DNA of 64,000 nucleotides from Escherichia coli (GTDB lineage Bacteria; Pseudomonadota; Gammaproteobacteria; Enterobacterales; Enterobacteriaceae): NCBI RefSeq assembly GCF_002854065.1, contig NZ_CP024147.1; one strand, 5' to 3'. Shown piece by piece: positions 25,327 to 36,973 of this stretch (position 1 is its first letter; each line of letters starts with the position of its first letter). The notes under the pieces were generated by a model. It saw only the letters and a program-made list of their open reading frames with translations, ran no database searches and was not told where the DNA came from. The position numbers and the translations under genes were made by a program.

Positions 25327-25340
25327 TGTTCCGGCCCCTT

Positions 25341-25826
25341 TCAGTCAATGATGCGCATAATGGCGTTGCATTCCGGATGCTGCAGGGCGTAATCCCGCAG
25401 CCGGTAATAATGGACCGTCATGGCATAACACTCCGTACGACAGGCATGATGGCTGTACGTCATCAGACAGGCAGCAATGCCGGCGGCTTCCGGGCTCATT
25501 TCAGCGCGGTTACCGTTCATGGCACTGAACAGTACCCATGTTTCGTCATCATCGTCATCCGGTTCGGGTGCCATAAATGCCCCGCCGTTGTTCAGGGTGT
25601 ACAGATTCCAGATACCACCGCAGTAGTCTTCGCACAGACGGTCCATCCAGCCGAAGACACGGGGCTCCAGGGTCACCCACTGTGGAATGAGGCCAAAATG
25701 CTGCGGCCAGAAGCTGATGCGCTGTTCATCAGGGACGAGGGTGGCAACCAGTTGAGGCGGGTTATTCTCTGATACAGCGGTTACGGAAACAGAAGGTGTG
25801 GTGGAATTATGCAAAACGGTTGTCAT
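25341..25826 (-). CDS. Antirestriction protein (KlcA/ArdB-like, YfjX/YafX family)
   Basis: 161 aa acidic protein (DDDDDETW) at the conserved position between the DUF932 and radC-like genes. Confidence 0.65.
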   Translation of the reverse strand: MTTVLHNSTTPSVSVTAVSENNPPQLVATLVPDEQRISFWPQHFGLIPQWVTLEPRVFGWMDRLCEDYCGGIWNLYTLNNGGAFMAPEPDDDDDETWVLFSAMNGNRAEMSPEAAGIAACLMTYSHHACRTECYAMTVHYYRLRDYALQHPECNAIMRIID

Positions 25827-25916
25827 GAGATTATTCCTTATAAAAAGTAAATGAATGGAAGAAGTCGCGGGGCAGGGACGGACATGAGTCAGAACTGCGC
25901 TTTCAGGGAAAAGGCA

Positions 25917-26735
25917 TCAGCGCATACTCTTCAGCAGTGTTTCTGCCATCACCCACAATGCGCGATTGAGCTTAATGTCCGTGTCGATGCTGTGAATGGC
26001 ACGGGTATGGATACGTTTTCCTCTGGCACTGCGACCGGAAATCCCGCCTTTCAGCATATTCTCCTGGATGGTCTGATAAGCACTCCACAGGTCCTTACCG
26101 TAATCCTCCCGGCGTCGCGGTGTCAGAATGTCAGCAGTGGTGACGGGCTGATGTTCGTCACCATAACGGTAAGTCAGTGCCGCCTGTGCCAGCGCCTGGC
26201 GTGCCGGTGGCGGCAGGACCAGCGACTGCATGGCATCACGTTTCTCCTCAATCCGGTCAAAAACCCCCACCACCTCGTAAGCCCCTTCGATAACTTTCTC
26301 CACTACGTCTCCCCGGTGTGGAACACGCACTTCCCCCAGAGACTGACCACAGACGCATCCGTTCTGGCAGACGAACCTGAAGTAACCCGGCAGCATCTGG
26401 TAGCTGGAGGTACCGTCATGGGAGTTCAGCAGGATGATTTCAGGGACATGTTGTCCGTTTATCTCCCCGTCACGGCGCAGACGCAGCATGTGTTTGGTGT
26501 ATCCCCGGCGGCCCGGGTCGCGCACGCGGGTCTGGCAGGCGAAGAATGGCTGGAAGCCTTCCCGCTGCAGGCTTTCCAGCACGGTGATGGTGGGGATCCA
26601 GGTATAGTTCTCGCTTCTGGATGTGTGTTTCTCTTCCCCGAATACGCTGGGGACGACCTGCATCAGTTCTTCACGGGTTAAGGGGCGGTCACGGCGTATC
26701 TGGTTCGCATAACCAAAACGACTGGCTAATCGCAT
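25917..26735 (-). CDS. DUF932 protein (YfjQ/YafZ family)
   Basis: 272 aa, MRLASRFGYANQIRRDRPLTREELMQVVPSVFGEEKHTSRSENY. Confidence 0.7.
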   Translation of the reverse strand: MRLASRFGYANQIRRDRPLTREELMQVVPSVFGEEKHTSRSENYTWIPTITVLESLQREGFQPFFACQTRVRDPGRRGYTKHMLRLRRDGEINGQHVPEIILLNSHDGTSSYQMLPGYFRFVCQNGCVCGQSLGEVRVPHRGDVVEKVIEGAYEVVGVFDRIEEKRDAMQSLVLPPPARQALAQAALTYRYGDEHQPVTTADILTPRRREDYGKDLWSAYQTIQENMLKGGISGRSARGKRIHTRAIHSIDTDIKLNRALWVMAETLLKSMR

Positions 26736-27010
26736 GATTTATTCCTTATGAATGAGTTAGCGGTATAAATGAAAAAGCCGCGTCTCCCGGAGAAGACGCG
26801 GCCTGATGGACGAAATGAATGACGTTTATTGTCTGAGAAGCCCTTCACTGGCGAGCTGCGTATTTTTATGGAAGGAGATCACCCAATAACCCCCATCGGG
26901 ATCGGGTAATAACCGGCCAGACTGTGATCGATTCAGATGCCATTTGGCAGCAAAAGAGCCTTCGGCAATAAACGTGATGTACAACCCGGCATATCTGTTG
27001 CTCCCTGAAA

Positions 27011-27040
27011 GTAAAAAGCCCCGGTCATGATGACCGGGGC
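27011..27040 (-). terminator. Rho-independent terminator downstream of the Ag43 gene
   Basis: Palindrome gccccggtca-tga-tgaccggggc preceded on the + strand by an A-run (T-run in the minus-strand transcript). Confidence 0.5.
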
Positions 27041-27062
27041 CTGAAGGAGAGTGACCTGATTA

Positions 27063-29909
27063 TCAGAAAGTCACATTCAGCGTGGCCTGACCGTTATAAC
27101 CTTCAACGCTGCTGCCGCTGACACTGTGGGCATAACCGGCCTGAACGCTCAGGGTGATATTTTCCCGGACACGGGCTTCCAGTCCGGCCTGCAGGTCCAG
27201 TGACGTGCCATTCCGGGACGGTGAGAACGTCATGTTACTGCCGGCGGCGGCTGTACCCATGCTCATGTCACCCCGGGAGCTGAAAGTGCGGATAACAGAA
27301 GGCTGTACCCACCAGTTCACCGGCAGTTCACTCACACGGTGTTTTGTACTGTCGCGCAGAGTGTCACGGGATGAGGTGCCTTCGCCAAAGGTCATATCGT
27401 TGTGGCTGCCCAGACGGAAGCCGGCACGCACATGTTGTGTACTGCCATGCCCGAACTTCACATAACCGGCGTTATCCTGGCCGTCATCCAGGGAGAGCCC
27501 CTGCCAGGTGTACTGCAGTTGTGGCTCCAGCATCAGGTTGTCAGTGATACTGAAGGGCAGACCGGTTTCCAGTGAGCCCAGCCAGCCCCAGCCCCGGGCG
27601 CGGAAGTCGTTATTGTCCGATGACGCTTTCATGCTGTGGCGGGTTCCCTGTGCCACAATGTCAGCCCACAGGCCGGAGGACGTGTGTGTCAGATTCAGGT
27701 ATCCGCCCAGGCTGCCGGCATCATCCCGGACCGTGCCGGCGCGGGAACCGTCATCATCCTTAACATCAACGGAAGAATGGCCTGCGGCACCATACACCCC
27801 TGTCGTCAGAGACATACCGGCAACCTCTGTTCTGAGCAGGTCACCCTCCAGACGGACGAAGCCATAGCTGCCGCTGCTTTCCGGCGTGGCTCCACGGGCA
27901 ATACCGCCGTTGTTATCGTGACCGAGATGACCGCCCTGAATGCTGAGACGGACGCTGTTATTTTCACCGTTTACACCGGTCTGATGGCTGCGGGAGCCTG
28001 CCAGAATCCGGTCATAGTCCATTGCCTGTGTCAACATGGATGTATACAGGGGGACTTCAGCACGATAAGCATTTTCACTGCGCAGGTACCAGTCTTCATC
28101 GCTGTCACGGTTCAGGGTGTAGTTAAAGGCGCCGGCCTGAAGCGGGCGACTCAGGGCAAACGCACCTTCTTCTGTGGTGGCACCATTCTGTGCATCCACA
28201 ACCCGGATACCCTGTCCGGAGGTTGCCACCCCGAGGTTACTGTTTCCGACATTTGTAAACGCAAGCCAGGTTTTGCCGGTTGCCTGACCACCATTAATCA
28301 CCAGCTGGTCAGAGGTATTGCTGCCATCAAGGCGAACACGCATATTGATGGTGCCGCCCTGACCAGTGAGGTTGGTGGTGGTCAGTTTATGGAACGTTAC
28401 CGGGGAGTCGCCTTTTGCAACAGCACGGCTCAGCACGGCATCCGGTGTTGTCTGATTATCAAAGTGAATCTCTCCTGCGTTAACAATATCGCCGGTACTG
28501 ACCACATCACCATTCAGTACCATACTGGCGCCTTTACTGAGCTGTGTTCTGCCACTCAGACTTCCCCCGGCAGCCAGCATCAGTGTTCCACGATGTCCGA
28601 CAGTGGTGTTGCTGGCCTGTCCCCCGGCATTAACCGTAAAGCTGCCGCCATTTTCCAGCAGCAGGCCGCTGGCCTGACCGGATATGCCATCAATACTGAA
28701 CTTACCGCTGGCATTGGTCCCCTCAACAGTGGCACCACTGTCTGCAATCAGGGCACCACCGGATGTCATGGTGACACCTGTTGCCTTACCACCGGCAGAC
28801 ACTGCCAGGGTTCCGCCGTCATCCACCCGTGTTTTCTGCGCTGAATGGCCTTCCAGTACATCCAGGCGACCGCCGGACTCCAGAACAACGCCGTCAGCCT
28901 TACCGTTTTCCACCGTGAAATTGCCCAGACGGTTGCTGCCAAGAACCGTTGCCGCAGTACTGGTGACCAGTGCTCCACCCTGTTTCAGGGTGACATGTGT
29001 GGCGGTACCACCGGCGTTCACCTGCAGTTTGCCTTTCTGGTTAACGGTGGTGAAATCCGCCAGACCACCTTCCTTGATAATCTGCCAGCCGTCACTGTTT
29101 ACAACAGTGCCAGACGCCGTACCGCCGTTGTGCACATACTGGTACCCCCCATTCAGCGTGGTATCCAGTGCGTGACCATGTACAGTCTGGTCGCCGCCGG
29201 CATAAACCACAGTGGTATTTGCTGTTCCTTCAGCAGCCACAATCTGACGACCATTTTCATTGATAGTGGTACGTACGGCATTTCCGCGAACAAACTGCCC
29301 GGTATCACCATTGTCTGCATCCGGTCCCCCTTCCGCGCCGGTATTCACAACCGTGTCGGTTGCCATTGCGCCGGATTTGACGGCCTGCCAGCCCTTCTCA
29401 TTAATGACGGTACCCGTTGCAATCCCGCCTTCATGTACCCACTGCTCACCGCCGTTCAGAGTGGTGTTCACTGCCTGCCCCTGAAGGCTCTGTCCGCCTC
29501 CGGCACTGATAACCGTGTCTGAAACGCTTCCTCCGGCATTCACTCTCTGAAGACCACCACCGGTGACAGTAGTGTTGTTGGCGATACCGCCATTTTGTAT
29601 CCATTGTCCGCCGGTATTGGCCTCGTTATCCGGCCCATACTCCAGACCGGTACTGATGGTCATTCCGTTGGCCGTACCGAGAACAATCTGGTTGTCATGA
29701 TTTGTCAGTGTTCCGCCGCTCACGGTTTCTCCCGCCTGTACGACCGTGTCAGCAGCCAGTACCGGGACTGACGTGACAGCAGCAAGAGACAGCGCAACCG
29801 CCACACCGGTGCGTTTTCCCCGTGAGCGCGCCAGTTCGGAAGCCACCACCAGGGTGCCCGTAATGTGATTCCATACCAGCCTGTAGCTGGTGTTCAGATG
29901 TCGTTTCAT
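27063..29909 (-). CDS. flu: Antigen 43-family self-associating autotransporter adhesin (948-aa variant)
   Basis: MKRHLNTSYRLVWNHITG signal peptide, beta-helical passenger repeats, C-terminal beta-barrel ending ...YNGQATLNVTF; ORF-track frame has a 25-codon upstream extension. Confidence 0.9.
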   Translation of the reverse strand: MKRHLNTSYRLVWNHITGTLVVASELARSRGKRTGVAVALSLAAVTSVPVLAADTVVQAGETVSGGTLTNHDNQIVLGTANGMTISTGLEYGPDNEANTGGQWIQNGGIANNTTVTGGGLQRVNAGGSVSDTVISAGGGQSLQGQAVNTTLNGGEQWVHEGGIATGTVINEKGWQAVKSGAMATDTVVNTGAEGGPDADNGDTGQFVRGNAVRTTINENGRQIVAAEGTANTTVVYAGGDQTVHGHALDTTLNGGYQYVHNGGTASGTVVNSDGWQIIKEGGLADFTTVNQKGKLQVNAGGTATHVTLKQGGALVTSTAATVLGSNRLGNFTVENGKADGVVLESGGRLDVLEGHSAQKTRVDDGGTLAVSAGGKATGVTMTSGGALIADSGATVEGTNASGKFSIDGISGQASGLLLENGGSFTVNAGGQASNTTVGHRGTLMLAAGGSLSGRTQLSKGASMVLNGDVVSTGDIVNAGEIHFDNQTTPDAVLSRAVAKGDSPVTFHKLTTTNLTGQGGTINMRVRLDGSNTSDQLVINGGQATGKTWLAFTNVGNSNLGVATSGQGIRVVDAQNGATTEEGAFALSRPLQAGAFNYTLNRDSDEDWYLRSENAYRAEVPLYTSMLTQAMDYDRILAGSRSHQTGVNGENNSVRLSIQGGHLGHDNNGGIARGATPESSGSYGFVRLEGDLLRTEVAGMSLTTGVYGAAGHSSVDVKDDDGSRAGTVRDDAGSLGGYLNLTHTSSGLWADIVAQGTRHSMKASSDNNDFRARGWGWLGSLETGLPFSITDNLMLEPQLQYTWQGLSLDDGQDNAGYVKFGHGSTQHVRAGFRLGSHNDMTFGEGTSSRDTLRDSTKHRVSELPVNWWVQPSVIRTFSSRGDMSMGTAAAGSNMTFSPSRNGTSLDLQAGLEARVRENITLSVQAGYAHSVSGSSVEGYNGQATLNVTF

Positions 29910-30126
29910 CAGCTTTTCCTTACAGAGGGTGAATAAAAAAGCCGGTACCCACAAATGTGGATACCGGCAGGTACAAAACAGCATGGTCAGATAAAGTGGT
30001 TTTTCCCGGACATAAATGCTTCCCCTCTCTCATCCGCCAGAGAAGTATCAGTCCGTTGTGTGCAATTCCGTTCTGCATGATGAAGAGATTCAACTGCCTT
30101 TTCGCAGGCCATTAACCACTATAAAC

Positions 30127-30162
30127 GATCGATAGCAACGATCGATACCTGTTTTATCGATT
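30127..30162. promoter_or_regulatory. GATC cluster in the Ag43 upstream region (candidate Dam/OxyR phase-variation switch)
   Basis: cGATCgatagcaacGATCgatacctgttttatcGATTg: two GATC sites (30127-30130, 30140-30143) and a GATT at the position where a third might be expected. Confidence 0.5.
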
Positions 30163-30279
30163 GTTTTACTCTATTAACAGCAAGACAGTCACGCAAGAGA
30201 AAGAGGTGGATATGAGGGGGGTGTATCATGTTTTCAGTTGGTTAACGCAATGTAATCAGGCATTTCCCTGGCAGACTGT

Positions 30280-31152
30280 TCAGAAGAAAATCCAGTTCCA
30301 TACAGCGCGGGCAACAGAGACCACCGAGTCACGGACGGCACGCAGAACCGTGCGTGCAACAGAGGCAATACAGACGCTCTCCGCCGTGTCAAATATCCGG
30401 TCCACCGCACCGGTAAACTGTTCACGGGCCTGAGACCGGACAGATTCCGTGCGCAGCTCGTCCTGCAGGCGGGTCATCAGGGGACTGGCGGCATGGTCGG
30501 GAAGCGCTGTCATGAGCGCACTGACCAGCGTATCCAGTTCCCAGCCGGTGCAGGCCGATACGGCCACAACCGGATGTACGGGCCGGAACAGCCGGAATAC
30601 CGCATCTGTTTTCTCACGAATGTTCTGTGCCTGTGCGGGAGAAGGCTGAATGCCGGCCATATCCCATTCATGGCAGGGCTCCGTTTTGTCGGCCTGCGTC
30701 ACCACAAACAGCACCTGCTGATGTCCCCGGTGCAGGATGTGTCGCCAGAAATACTCATCCACAGACAGGGCACGGTCATCGGCTTTAATCAGCCACAGTA
30801 CCAGGTCCAGTTCAGGCAGAATGTCACGGTACAGAGCTTCATACTCTGCATCCCTGTCCCGACTCTCGCCCACCCCGGGCAGGTCAGTGATAACCATGCT
30901 GTGACCGTGGCCACTCAGACGGAAGCGCCGCACTTCCCGGGTGCCGGCGTGAACATCACTGACCGGGGTGACCTCCCCCTGAAACAGTGCATTACAGAGT
31001 GAGGATTTACCGGCCCCGCTTTTACCCATAATGCCAATCACGGGTTCGTGACTGGTGAGTTTGCGCAGATGTTCCAGGATGTGACGGGAAAGTGAGTAAG
31101 GCAGGGAGGAGAGCGGTTTTTCAATTGCCTCAATGGCATCAGACGGATTCAT
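30280..31152 (-). CDS. YeeP/YfjP/YkfA-family GTPase
   Basis: Walker A GIMGKSGAGKSS; start taken at MNPSDAIEAIEK. Confidence 0.75.
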   Translation of the reverse strand: MNPSDAIEAIEKPLSSLPYSLSRHILEHLRKLTSHEPVIGIMGKSGAGKSSLCNALFQGEVTPVSDVHAGTREVRRFRLSGHGHSMVITDLPGVGESRDRDAEYEALYRDILPELDLVLWLIKADDRALSVDEYFWRHILHRGHQQVLFVVTQADKTEPCHEWDMAGIQPSPAQAQNIREKTDAVFRLFRPVHPVVAVSACTGWELDTLVSALMTALPDHAASPLMTRLQDELRTESVRSQAREQFTGAVDRIFDTAESVCIASVARTVLRAVRDSVVSVARAVWNWIFF

Positions 31153-31415
31153 ACATGTATTCCCGGTGAAAAAAGACAAAACCCCGCGCACCGGAAAGGT
31201 GGCGGGGGATTCACGGAGATAATATCTGTCTGAAATTATTTAGAATGCACCTGGTGCACTGCAAAGGAAAGGCAATATTCCGTTCCTCCTCCTTGTCGTG
31301 AATACCCCAGGTATCTCACAATATACACCGACTTACTCCGGGGCTGCCTGAACCACAAGATTGCTGTAGAATTGCCCCCAATGATTCAGGTCCAAACCAG
31401 GCAAATGGATTAAAA

Positions 31416-32972
31416 ATGACAAGTATTCAACAACGAGCAGAACTGCACCGCCAGATATGGCAAATTGCCAATGATGTCAGAGGTTCTGTTGACGGATGGG
31501 ATTTTAAGCAATACGTTCTGGGCGCACTTTTCTACCGTTTTATCAGCGAAAATTTTTCCAGCTATATTGAAGCCGGTGATGACAGTATCTGTTATGCGAA
31601 ACTGGATGACAGCGTAATTACTGATGATATTAAAGACGATGCCATCAAAACCAAAGGCTACTTCATCTACCCCAGTCAGCTTTTCTGCAACGTAGCTGCG
31701 AAAGCAAATACCAATGACAGACTGAATGCGGATTTAAACAGCATCTTCGTTGCTATCGAAAGTTCTGCTTACGGTTACCCTTCAGAAGCTGACATCAAAG
31801 GTTTGTTTGCTGATTTCGATACCACCAGTAACCGCCTGGGTAACACCGTTAAGGATAAAAATGCCCGCCTGGCCGCGGTTCTGAAAGGGGTTGAAGGGTT
31901 AAAGCTTGGCGACTTTAACGAACATCAGATTGACCTGTTCGGCGATGCCTATGAGTTCCTGATTTCTAACTATGCCGCGAATGCCGGTAAGTCAGGCGGC
32001 GAGTTCTTTACACCGCAGCACGTCTCCAAGCTGATTGCACAACTAGCAATGCACGGCCAGGCCCACGTTAACAAAATCTACGACCCGGCAGCAGGTTCCG
32101 GTTCGCTGTTGTTGCAGGCGAAAAAACAGTTTGATAACCATATCATCGAAGAAGGTTTTTTTGGTCAGGAGATCAACCATACGACCTATAACCTGGCGCG
32201 TATGAACATGTTTTTGCACAACATCAACTACGACAAGTTTGATATCAAGCTGGGCAATACGCTGACTGAGCCGCACTTCAGAGATGAAAAACCGTTTGAT
32301 GCCATCGTTTCTAACCCGCCGTATTCGGTGAAATGGATTGGCAGCGATGACCCAACGCTGATTAACGATGAGCGTTTTGCCCCGGCTGGCGTTCTGGCCC
32401 CCAAATCCAAAGCTGACTTCGCCTTTGTACTACATGCGCTGAACTATCTTTCTGCCAAAGGTCGTGCTGCGATTGTTTGCTTCCCGGGTATTTTTTACCG
32501 TGGCGGCGCGGAGCAGAAAATCCGTCAGTATCTGGTCGATAATAACTATGTCGAAACCGTAATTTCACTGGCTCCGAACCTGTTCTTTGGCACCACCATT
32601 GCCGTAAACATTCTGGTTCTGTCTAAACATAAAACGGATACCAACGTTCAGTTTATTGACGCCAGCGAACTGTTCAAAAAAGAGACTAACAACAATATCC
32701 TGACCGATGCCCATATAGAAAAAATTATGCAGGTATTTGCCAGCAAGGAAGATGTTGCTCATCTGGCGAAATCTGTCGCGTTTGAAGCCGTTGTAGCGAA
32801 TGACTATAACCTGTCGGTGAGCAGCTATGTGGAAGCGAAAGATAACCGCGAAATTATCGATATCGGTGAGCTGAATGCTGAGCTGAAAACCACGGTCAGC
32901 AAAATCGACCAGTTGCGCAAAGATATTGATGCGATTGTGGCTGAAATTGAAGGCTGCGAGGTGCAGAAATGA
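31416..32972 (+). CDS. hsdM: Type I restriction-modification methyltransferase subunit HsdM (type IC, EcoR124-like)
   Basis: 518 aa; AdoMet motif [10 protein letters not shown] and catalytic NPPY; near-identical to recalled EcoR124 HsdM. Confidence 0.9.
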   Translation: MTSIQQRAELHRQIWQIANDVRGSVDGWDFKQYVLGALFYRFISENFSSYIEAGDDSICYAKLDDSVITDDIKDDAIKTKGYFIYPSQLFCNVAAKANTNDRLNADLNSIFVAIESSAYGYPSEADIKGLFADFDTTSNRLGNTVKDKNARLAAVLKGVEGLKLGDFNEHQIDLFGDAYEFLISNYAANAGKSGGEFFTPQHVSKLIAQLAMHGQAHVNKIYDPAAGSGSLLLQAKKQFDNHIIEEGFFGQEINHTTYNLARMNMFLHNINYDKFDIKLGNTLTEPHFRDEKPFDAIVSNPPYSVKWIGSDDPTLINDERFAPAGVLAPKSKADFAFVLHALNYLSAKGRAAIVCFPGIFYRGGAEQKIRQYLVDNNYVETVISLAPNLFFGTTIAVNILVLSKHKTDTNVQFIDASELFKKETNNNILTDAHIEKIMQVFASKEDVAHLAKSVAFEAVVANDYNLSVSSYVEAKDNREIIDIGELNAELKTTVSKIDQLRKDIDAIVAEIEGCEVQK

Positions 32973-34168
32973 GCGAGATGAGTTATCTGGAAAAATTGCT
33001 GGATGGGGTTGAGGTTGAGTGGAAATCTTTGGGTGAAATTGCCACTAAAATTTACTCAGGGGGAACCCCGGATACAAAAAGAATAGAGTATTGGGAGAAT
33101 GGAACTATTCCCTGGATGAGTTCTGGCGAAGTGAACTTAAAAAATATTGAAAGGACAGAGAAATATATTACTGAGGCTGGATTAAATAACTCTAGTGCCA
33201 AATTAGTACCGAGAAACTCTGTAGTCATAGCCTTGGCTGGTCAGGGAAAAACTCGAGGTAAAGTAGCAAGAATCCGTATCGCATTAGCTACTAATCAATC
33301 ACTTGCAGCACTTACATTTGATGAAAAGAAATTCAGTTCCGATTACGTATTCCATTTTTTAGAGACTCAGTATGAGAGTTTGCGTCAAATATCATCTGGA
33401 AACAGCGGACGCGGCGGACTAAATCTGCAAATGATTTCAGCATACAAAATCCCAATTCCCTGCCCGGACAACCCGGAAAAGTCCCTTGCCATCCAGTCTG
33501 AAATCGTTCGGATTCTGGATAAATTTACTGCACTTACCGCTGAGCTTACCGCTGAGCTTAACATGCGTAAAAAACAATACAACTACTATCGCGACCAGTT
33601 GTTGAGTTTTAAAGAGGGTGAGGTTGAGTGGAAGACTTTGGGGGAAGTGGCTCAGTTTAAGCGAGGAACGGCAATTACCCAAAAACAGACAACACCAGGA
33701 GAAATACCAGTAGTTGCCAATGGACCAATTCCTACTTATTTTCATAGCGAGAGCAACAGACAAGGTGAAACAATCGTTATAGCCAGATCTGGTGCCTATG
33801 CAGGATATGTCAGCTTCTGGGATCAGCCAATATTTTTAACCGATGCCTTTAGTGTTCATTCCGACTTAAAAATTGTAAAACCAAAGTTTATTTACCACGT
33901 GCTACAAAATAAACAAGAGCACATCCATGCAATGAAAAAAGGTGCGGGTGTGCCTCATGTCCGAGTGAAAGAGTTTGAAACCTATGATATACCTATACCT
34001 CCTATCACCGAACAAGAACGTATTGTTTCTATACTCGATAAATTCGACACCCTTACCAACTCCATCACCGAAGGTCTTCCGCGTGAAATCGAGTTACGCC
34101 AGAAACAATACGAGTACTATCGTGATTTACTGTTCAGTTTCCCAAAACCTGAAACTGTCAGTAAATAA
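32969..34168 (+). CDS. hsdS: Type I restriction-modification specificity subunit HsdS
   Basis: 399 aa; ATGA start/stop overlap with hsdM; two target-recognition halves separated by the LTAE-LTAE central repeat. Confidence 0.85.
   Translation: MSEMSYLEKLLDGVEVEWKSLGEIATKIYSGGTPDTKRIEYWENGTIPWMSSGEVNLKNIERTEKYITEAGLNNSSAKLVPRNSVVIALAGQGKTRGKVARIRIALATNQSLAALTFDEKKFSSDYVFHFLETQYESLRQISSGNSGRGGLNLQMISAYKIPIPCPDNPEKSLAIQSEIVRILDKFTALTAELTAELNMRKKQYNYYRDQLLSFKEGEVEWKTLGEVAQFKRGTAITQKQTTPGEIPVVANGPIPTYFHSESNRQGETIVIARSGAYAGYVSFWDQPIFLTDAFSVHSDLKIVKPKFIYHVLQNKQEHIHAMKKGAGVPHVRVKEFETYDIPIPPITEQERIVSILDKFDTLTNSITEGLPREIELRQKQYEYYRDLLFSFPKPETVSK
33533..33556 (+). repeat. 12-bp tandem repeat (cttaccgctgag x2) in the central conserved region of hsdS
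   Basis: In frame, encodes LTAE-LTAE; a partial third unit ctta follows. Confidence 0.85.
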
Positions 34169-34289
34169 TTGACCATTGCTACCAACCGGGCCTCCTTAAC
34201 ATCCGGTCAGTATATAGACTATTTTTTACGCGCCGGAAGTCACCCTTAACTCCCTTCCGGCCCTTGCCAGACGGCACAAAGGATGCGCT

Positions 34290-36260
34290 ATGACTCATCA
34301 AACACACACCATTGCTGAATCCAATAACTTTATCGTTCTTGATAAGTACATCAAAGCTGAGCCAACAGGCGACAGCTATCAGAGCGAATCGGACCTGGAA
34401 CGGGAACTGATTCAGGACCTGCGAAATCAGGGTTATGAATTTATATCCGTAAAATCTCAGTCAGCGATGCTGGCCAACGTTCGGGAACAGCTTCAGAACC
34501 TCAATGGTGTGGTGTTTAATGACAGCGAGTGGCGGCGTTTCACGGAGCAGTTTCTGGATAATCCGAGCGATGGCATCCTGGATAAAACCCGTAAAATTCA
34601 TATCGACTACATCTGCGACTTTATTTTTGACGACGGGCGTCTTGAGAACATCTATTTGATAGATAAAAAGAATCTCATGCGCAATAAGGTGCAGATTATC
34701 CAGCAGTTTGAACAGACGGGTTCTCATGCTAACCGTTATGACGTCACGATCCTGGTTAATGGCTTGCCTCTGGTGCAAATCGAACTGAAAAAACGCGGCG
34801 TGGCGATTCGTGAGGCTTTCAACCAGATACATCGTTACAGTAAAGAGAGTTTTAACAGCGAAAATTCCCTGTTTAAGTATCTGCAACTGTTTGTCATTTC
34901 TAACGGCACCGATACCCGTTATTTTGCCAACACAACAAAGCGCGATAAAAACAGTTTTGACTTCACCATGAACTGGGCGAAATCAGACAACACGCTGATT
35001 AAAGACCTCAAAGATTTTACCGCTACCTTTTTCCAGAAACATACTCTGCTTAATGTTCTGGTGAACTACAGCGTTTTTGACAGCAGTCAGACGCTACTGG
35101 TGATGCGACCGTACCAGATTGCTGCCACCGAGCGCATTCTGTGGAAAATTAAGAGCTCCTTTACAGCGAAGAACTGGTCAAAACCGGAAAGCGGTGGGTA
35201 TATCTGGCACACTACCGGTTCTGGTAAAACCCTCACCAGCTTTAAAGCCGCGCGTCTGGCAACAGAGCTGGACTTTATTGATAAAGTCTTCTTCGTGGTC
35301 GACAGGAAAGACCTCGATTACCAGACCATGAAGGAATATCAGCGTTTTTCGCCAGACAGCGTCAACGGCTCGGAAAATACCGCAGGCCTTAAACGAAATC
35401 TGGATAAGGACGATAACAAAATTATCGTCACTACTATTCAGAAACTCAATAACCTGATGAAAGCAGAAAGCGACCTGCCTGTATATAATCAGCAAGTGGT
35501 GTTTATATTTGATGAATGCCACCGCAGCCAGTTTGGAGAAGCGCAGAAAAACCTGAAGAAGAAATTCAAACGCTATTATCAGTTTGGTTTTACCGGCACC
35601 CCTATTTTCCCGGAAAACGCCTTAGGCTCAGAAACAACCGCCAGCGTATTTGGTCGTGAATTGCATTCGTATGTAATTACCGATGCGATTCGTGACGAAA
35701 AAGTGCTCAAATTCAAGGTGGACTACAACGATGTGCGGCCACAGTTTAAGTCTTTAGAGACAGAAACTGACGAGAAAAAACTGAGTGCGGCTGAAAATCA
35801 GCAGGCGTTTCTTCATCCCATGCGTATTCAGGAAATCACGCAATATATTCTGAATAATTTCCGCCAGAAAACCCACCGTACCTTCCCTGGCTCAAAAGGT
35901 TTTAATGCTATGTTGGCAGTGAGCAGCGTGGATGCTGCAAAAGCCTATTACGCGACGTTTAAACGGTTACAAGAGGAAGCAGCTAATAAATCGGCCACCT
36001 ATAAACCGCTGCATATTGCGACAATCTTCTCCTTTGCCGCTAATGAAGAACAAAATGCCATTGGTGAAATTTCCGATGAAACTTTTGATACCAGCGCAAT
36101 GGACAGCAGTGCTAAAGAGTTTCTTGACGCTGCAATTCGTGAGTATAACAGCTATTTTAAAACTAACTTCAGCACCGACGGTAACGGTTTTCAGAACTAC
36201 TATCGTGATTTAGCCCAACGGGTTAAAAATCAGGATATCGATCTGTTAATTGTCGTTGGG
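34290..36260 (+). pseudogene. hsdR: hsdR restriction subunit, 3'-truncated by IS1 (about 657 of ~1038 codons retained)
   Basis: N-terminal nuclease and helicase motifs (TGSGKT, DECH) present; frame runs directly into the IS1 inverted repeat at 36261 after ...DIDLLIVVG. Confidence 0.85.
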
Positions 36261-36275
36261 GGTAGTGACTCCAAC

Positions 36276-36779
36276 TTACTGATAGTGTTTTATGTTCAGA
36301 TAATGCCCGATGACCTTGTCATGCAGCTCCACCGATTTTGAGAACGACAGCGACTTCCGTCCCAGCCTTGCCAGATGTTGTCTCAGATTCAGATTATGTC
36401 GCTCAATGCGCTGAGTGTAACGCTTGCTGATTACGTGCAGCTTTCCCTTCAGGCGGGATTCATACAGCGGCCAGCCATCCGTCATCCATATCACCACGTC
36501 AAAGGGTGACAGCAGGCTCATAAGACGCCCCAGCGTCGCCATAGTGCGTTCACCGAATACGTGCGCAACAACCGTCTTCCGGAGCCTGTCATACGCGTAA
36601 AACAGCCAGCGCTGGCGCGATTTAGCCCCGACATAGCCCCACTGTTCGTCCATTTCCGCGCAGACGATGACGTCACTGCCCGGCTGTATGCGCGAGGTTA
36701 CCGACTGCGGCCTGAGTTTTTTAAGTGACGTAAAATCGTGTTGAGGCCAACGCCCATAATGCGTGCACTGGCGCGACAT
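36276..36779 (-). CDS. insB: IS1 InsB (expressed as InsAB fusion by frameshift)
   Basis: 167 aa ORF overlapping insA. Confidence 0.85.
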   Translation of the reverse strand: MSRQCTHYGRWPQHDFTSLKKLRPQSVTSRIQPGSDVIVCAEMDEQWGYVGAKSRQRWLFYAYDRLRKTVVAHVFGERTMATLGRLMSLLSPFDVVIWMTDGWPLYESRLKGKLHVISKRYTQRIERHNLNLRQHLARLGRKSLSFSKSVELHDKVIGHYLNIKHYQ

Positions 36780-36973
36780 CCGACGCCATTCATGGCCATA
36801 TCAATGATTTTCTGGTGCGTACCGGGCTGAGAGGCGGTGTAAGTGAACTGTAGTTGCCATGTTTTACGGCAATGAGAGCAGAGATAGCGCTGATGTCCGG
36901 CAGTGCTTTTGCCGTTACGCACCACCCCGTCAGTAGCTGAACAGGAGGGACAGCTGATAGAAACAGAAGCCAC
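36698..36973 (-). CDS. insA: IS1 InsA
   Basis: 91 aa [40 protein letters not shown]. Confidence 0.9.
   Translation of the reverse strand: MASVSISCPSCSATDGVVRNGKSTAGHQRYLCSHCRKTWQLQFTYTASQPGTHQKIIDMAMNGVGCRASARIMGVGLNTILRHLKNSGRSR

Noticed and set aside
27154-29522. Multiple plus-strand ORFs (up to 402 aa) across the Ag43 region
   Set aside because: Antisense to the Ag43 gene, whose identity is supported end to end; the Gly/Thr-rich repeats generate long spurious frames.
36261-36341. Last 27 codons of the ORF-track hsdR frame (…[27 protein letters not shown])
   Set aside because: These residues are read from the IS1 inverted repeat, not from hsdR; the gene is truncated at 36260.
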